Shown: positions 27,907 to 32,138 of the stretch, one piece after another
Position numbering within the stretch: position 1 is the first letter of the stretch
How the letters are laid out: every line of letters starts with the position of its first letter
NCBI GenBank assembly: GCA_963702425.1
Contig: CAVPCQ010000026.1
Location: 1 to 32,138, forward strand
DNA: 32,138 nucleotides
Source of the DNA: an uncultured Acidobacteriota bacterium
GTDB lineage: Bacteria; Acidobacteriota; Polarisedimenticolia; J045
Direction: 5' to 3'
Made by a program: the position numbers and the translations under genes
Notes under the pieces: model-generated
The model's input: only the letters and a program-made list of their open reading frames with translations
The model's database searches: none
Told to the model about the DNA's origin: nothing

Positions 27907-29240
27907 ATGATGAGCAGAAGGTTGATCGGTGCGGTGATCGTGATGCTGTTTGCGCTGGGTGTCCCTGCGGCCTGGGGGCAGAATGCTGTGAATCAGCTCG
28001 AGCGGAACCTGGAACTACCGTTGACCGGACCGGGGACGGCGGCCGTTCCGGATCCGGGTGCCGGCTATCTCGGGATGTCGGTGGACCTTGTGGCGCCGGA
28101 CGGGATGCGGTCTTGGTCGTCTCGGTGGCCGAAGGCGGGCCGGCTCAGCGCGGGCGGTCTGCGGGCCGACGACGTGATTGTCTCGATCAATGAGGTGCCG
28201 ATTCGCAAGCTCGAAGATATGGACCGTGCAGTGCGCAAGCCGGCGGGAACAAGCTGGTGGTCCAGGTGCGCCGGGCGCGGCGACAAAACGAGTGGAACTG
28301 GCGCTCGGCGTCGCCCCGCCGCGGCTGCGGACACGGTGACCGAACTGCCGGAGCCGCGGCGGCTCCCGGGGAGGGCCCGGCCATGGCGGAAAGCGCACGG
28401 CCCAATCTGGGCATCTCCGTAATGGATATCAGCGAATTGACTCGGCGACGTTTTGGCGTCACGGTCAACAACGGCGCGGTGATCTCACAGATTCGCGAAG
28501 GATCGCCGGCAGCCCGCGCCGGTCTGCCGTTGGGAGGTGTGATCGTGTCAGTCAACGGCAAACGCATCGGCACGGCCAACGACCTCGTGGCTCTGATCCG
28601 GGCATTTCGGCCGGGCGACGAACTCGAATTGACGTATGTCGAAGGCGACCGCATCGGGCGCAAGAAGGTGCGGCTGGTACCTGGCACGGCGACCGAACGG
28701 ATGTCCCCCACGCCGGTGCCCGAGCGCGGCGGCCGATCGAACGATCCACCGCTGCGATTGGGCCGGCGGCGACCAGTGGCCGGCCGATTCTGGACGCCTT
28801 GGAGCGTACACTGGACGCCGTCCTGCCCCCGGAAACCCGGCCGGCAGCGGTGCCGTGCCGGCGGATCCTCCGCCCCCATCGGCCGCCCGGCCGACGGTGG
28901 CGATGACGATGCCACCACCACCGCCACCCCCAGGCCGCCGACCGACGGCAGCGGGGGTCGCCGCCACCGCCTCCGTTACCCGGGACGCGAAACGGGCGGC
29001 GGGCTTAGCGCGTGAGATGGCCCGGAACCGCCACCTCCCCGCCGCCCGGCAAATCCCCCGAGGGAGACGGAGCGAAGAGCGTGTTGGTTCCCGCCGAACA
29101 AGTCCGCCGCCAACGGCCGATGAGGAGTTGGCGGAGCTGCGACGACAAATGGAATCGCTCCAGAGACAGCTCGAGCAACTGCAACGCCGCATCGACGAAC
29201 TGGAAGGCCGGAGACGGCGGCCCGGAGGCTGGAAAGCGAA
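27907..29240 (+). CDS. Exported protein with two PDZ domains and a C-terminal coiled coil (multiple frameshifts; end approximate)
   Basis: Signal peptide. GYLGM...GLRADDVIVSINEVPI. PNLGISV...GAVISQIREGSPAARAGLPLGGVIVSVNG. ELAELRRQMESLQRQLEQLQRRIDELE. Confidence 0.7.
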
Positions 29241-29317
29241 CGGATGCGGGGGGCTTCGGGTGTGGCGGCGGGCCGCAGGCTGGAGGCTGCCGCCCCGACG
29301 CCGGCGGGAGCGACCGC

Positions 29318-30226
29318 TCAAGTTCGTCACGTCCCCGCTCCTCTCCGGCCTGCTGCCGCCTGCAGACTTCCTCAAAGAGCTTTTTCTGCTCGGCCAAGGC
29401 GGCCACGCGATCGGGCGGGTTCGTGCGGCATTCGAGCAGGATCCAGCCGGCGAATTTGGTCTGCACGAACAGCTTCATCAGCTTCGGATAGGGATAGTCG
29501 CTCACGTTCAGTTCGCGCACGTGGACGTGTCGCCCAAGCGGCCGCTGACGAGGCGGAAGTTGGATTCGAGGCCGGCGCCGTGCAGGTCGGTGGCGTTGCA
29601 GTTCCAGCAGACGCCGACGTTCGGGTGCGTGGCGATATCCATGATCGCCTTGATGTTGGGCAGTTCGTCGGTGCCCTGGCCGTGCACTTCCAGCCGGATC
29701 TTCTGACCGAAGTCGGCGGCATAGGCGCCCACCTCGTTCAGGGCCTTGCCGATCTGCTCAGGGTCTTTTCGTGCGGCACGTCTTTGACGAACGCGTTGGG
29801 TTTCACCTTGACGCCGCTGCCGCCGCAGTCGTGCATCAGCTGGACGTAGGCCTTGGTGAGTTCGATATTCCGCTTGAGTTCGGCGGGATCGGTGCTGTGG
29901 AACTCGGCGTTGGACCCGTAGCCGACGAGTTCGACAGGGCTGTCGGCGAATCGTTGGCGCACTTCCTGACGTTCGGCGGCAGACAATGCCGGCTCGACAC
30001 CATGTTTGTGCTCGGTCCGCAGTTCGACGCCGAGCACGCCGGCCGCCTCGCAGTTCCTGAGCAGCGTCGGCAGGTCCCAGTCCTGGCCCCACAGATATGT
30101 CACCAGTCCCAGCTGCATCCGGTCTGCTGCGCTGTTCGTCGAGCAGGGCGCCGCGTCGGTGGATGCGGTCAGGGACGCGGCCGCGGCGGCCGTGGCGGCG
30201 AGGAAACGTCGGCGAGTGATGGACAT
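29318..30226 (-). CDS. Tat-exported sugar-phosphate isomerase/epimerase (xylose isomerase-like TIM barrel), frameshifted; end approximate
   Basis: MSITRRRFL Tat motif, LGLVTYLWG.DWDLPTL, GVELRT.H.HGVE, IRLEVHG, VGVCWNCN, GWILLEC, spread over three frames. Confidence 0.8.
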
Positions 30227-30516
30227 GGCCGAACTCCTGGACGTGTCGAAGTGGGGTACTGGCGAAGAGTATAACGCATGTGAGGGTTGCGATGCGCCTG
30301 CGGTCGGACAAGGCGACCCGACCGGCGGCTGTGCGCGGCATACGAGCTCGCGACGGCGCGGGGCTGCGCACCGCGGGAAATGTGTGCGCCGCACCATTTT
30401 CCCGCCGATAGGCCAGGGGGTATACTCAGGAACCGCTCCATGACCAGATTTGTCAGCCGCCTTTTTCAATTCTGTTTTGGTCGTGGCTCCGCGGAGTCGC
30501 GAAGGGAGGGACTTGT

Positions 30517-31913
30517 ATGGCTTCAGGTTTACCCGATTATGTTGCGTCCGCCCAACCTGTCCCGCTGGCGAATCGCGTTCCCTGGTACAAGAGCACGGCC
30601 AGACGTATGCCGGCATCATGCTGTGGTTCGTGTTCTGGCAGAGGTTCCGCGAGCGGCCCCACGGGACCGGCCGGGATTCTCGGGCAGGGCTTGGGTACGG
30701 CGTTGCTGGGTGTCGTGGTGGCGGCGCTGATCTGCCACTTCGCCTGCTACCTGGCGCCGGGCATGATGGGAATGAAGACCGGTCTGCCGTTGGCCGTAGT
30801 CGGAACGTCGACCTACGGCGTGCAGGGCGGGTTCTTGATGCCGGGCTTCTTCATGGGAGTCCTGCAGTTCGGCTGGCTGGCGGTCAACTCCTACTTCTCG
30901 GCCGAACTGCTGGCCGGGCTGGCCGGCAACGGTTCGACACTGCACCTGGCGATTGGTGCCGTCTGGGCGATCGTGGCGGCGTTGTGGGGCTCAAGGGCAT
31001 CCAATACGTGGCGAAGGTCGCCACGTACTTGCCGTTGATTCCCCTGGTGATTCTGTTGATCCTGGCCGGCAAGACGATGAGCGGCGTGGGGAACTTCAAG
31101 CCGGAGATGCTGACGCCGGGGCGGCCGAAGCGGCGCCCGAGTGCGATGACCCTGTTGATGTTCGCGATTGCCAACATCGTCGGCTTCTTTGCCACGGCCG
31201 GCGCGGCGGGCGCCGATATTGCCTCGAGCAACCGCGACGAGAAGGACGTGCAAATGGGCGGCCTGGTCGGCGTGGCCGGCGCGACGATCTTCACCGGCTG
31301 CCTGGCGCTGTTGATCGTGGCGGGAGCGTACGGCAGCGGCCTGATGGGGGACAAAGCCGGGACGATCGATCCGACCAAACTGATGGACACGATCATGGGT
31401 CCGCAGGTCACCAAGATCTTCTGGCTGCTCCTGGCCATCGCCGCGTTTCCGCCGGCCTGCTTCAGCTCGTTGATCGCCGCCAACAGTTTCAGGAACACGT
31501 TGCCGAAGGTCAATCCGTTCATCTCCTGCGGTATTGGCACGGCGGCCTCCGTGGCCCTGGTGCTGTCCGGAAAGGCCGGCAATGCGGCGCAGATGTTCGG
31601 CATCATCGGCGCCTCGTTCGGTCCGATCTGCGGGGCGATGACCGCCGACTACCTGCTGGCCGGCCGGAAGTGGCCGGGTCCGCGAGCCGGATTCAATCCG
31701 GCCGGCTGGATCTCGTGGATCGTCGGGTTCTTCGTCGGCGCAATTGACATGATCGCGGCCAAGGTGGCCGCCCTGTCCGGGTTCAAGCTCAACATCCCCT
31801 GCCCGCCGGTGGCGGCCATCCTCGTGGGCTTCGTACTCTACATCGTGTTGGCCAAGGCCGGTCTGGTGTCCCGCAAGATCGACATGCCCGGCGTGAAGAC
31901 GGCCCGGGCCTGA
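30517..31913 (+). CDS. Cytosine/purine permease-like (NCS1) transporter, frameshifted
   Basis: GGAGG RBS. PWYK.TA.TYAGIMLWF.FW, GMKTGLPL.VVGTSTYG, QFGWL.VN, GASFGPICGAM.ADY; many hydrophobic helices. Confidence 0.8.
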
Positions 31914-31927
31914 TACGTGTGAGTGCG

Positions 31928-31951
31928 GCACGGCCGACTCGTTGGCCGTGC
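31928..31951. repeat. Palindromic REP-like hairpin
   Basis: GCACGGCCGA-ctcg-TTGGCCGTGC just after the permease stop. Confidence 0.55.
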
Positions 31952-32004
31952 TGAGCATGAGCTTGGGGCCCGGCATCGCAGGAGCGACGCGTCCGCTGAC
32001 TGCC

Positions 32005-32028
32005 GCACTGCTTGCCAGCAAGCAGTGC
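32005..32028. repeat. Perfect palindromic REP-like hairpin
   Basis: GCACTGCTTG-ccag-CAAGCAGTGC, a 10-bp perfect stem. Confidence 0.65.
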
Positions 32029-32043
32029 CACACTGATTTATCC

Positions 32044-32086
32044 AAGAGCCGTCGCTTGCCCAAGGAGCGACGGTTCTTTTGTTGTT
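32044..32086 (+). terminator. Intrinsic terminator
   Basis: AAGAGCCGTCGCT-N9-AGCGACGGTTCTT stem running into a T-rich tract (TTTTGTTGTTT). Confidence 0.65.
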
Positions 32087-32138
32087 TGCCACGCATGGTT
32101 CTGAAGTCGATCGTTTGTTACCCACACGCATCGATGTA

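Overview
The window has two parts of apparently different origin. Bases 1-~27,510 are very GC-rich and Acidobacteriota-like (inferred from protein types). They contain: (i) an accessory island of about 7.4 kb with a RelE/HigB toxin, two tandem DUF4160-DUF2442-higA modules, IS21 and IS3 end remnants flanking a DUF5131 fragment, a Zn-ribbon/pRiA4b ORF-3 fusion, a coupled AAA-DUF4143 ATPase plus DUF6880-like pair, and hicAB; (ii) a di-heme cytochrome c peroxidase-family gene divergent from a large secreted PKD protein; (iii) a VIT-vWA / ECF sigma / small-protein operon behind an ECF-type promoter, the best candidate for an undescribed system; (iv) a double alpha/beta-hydrolase, a structured repeat region and an HEXXH peptidase; (v) a sigma54-type promoter ahead of three minor-pilin-like genes, followed by an atypical sigma54 activator and a truncated GTPase. 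At about 27,510 two convergent genes are both cut off and codon style changes. The rest (GNAT fragment, PDZ protein, Tat-exported TIM-barrel protein, NCS1 permease, palindromic repeats) is heavily frameshifted and Planctomycete-like, so this is probably a chimeric join. All family calls come from motif recognition by eye; no database searches were run.
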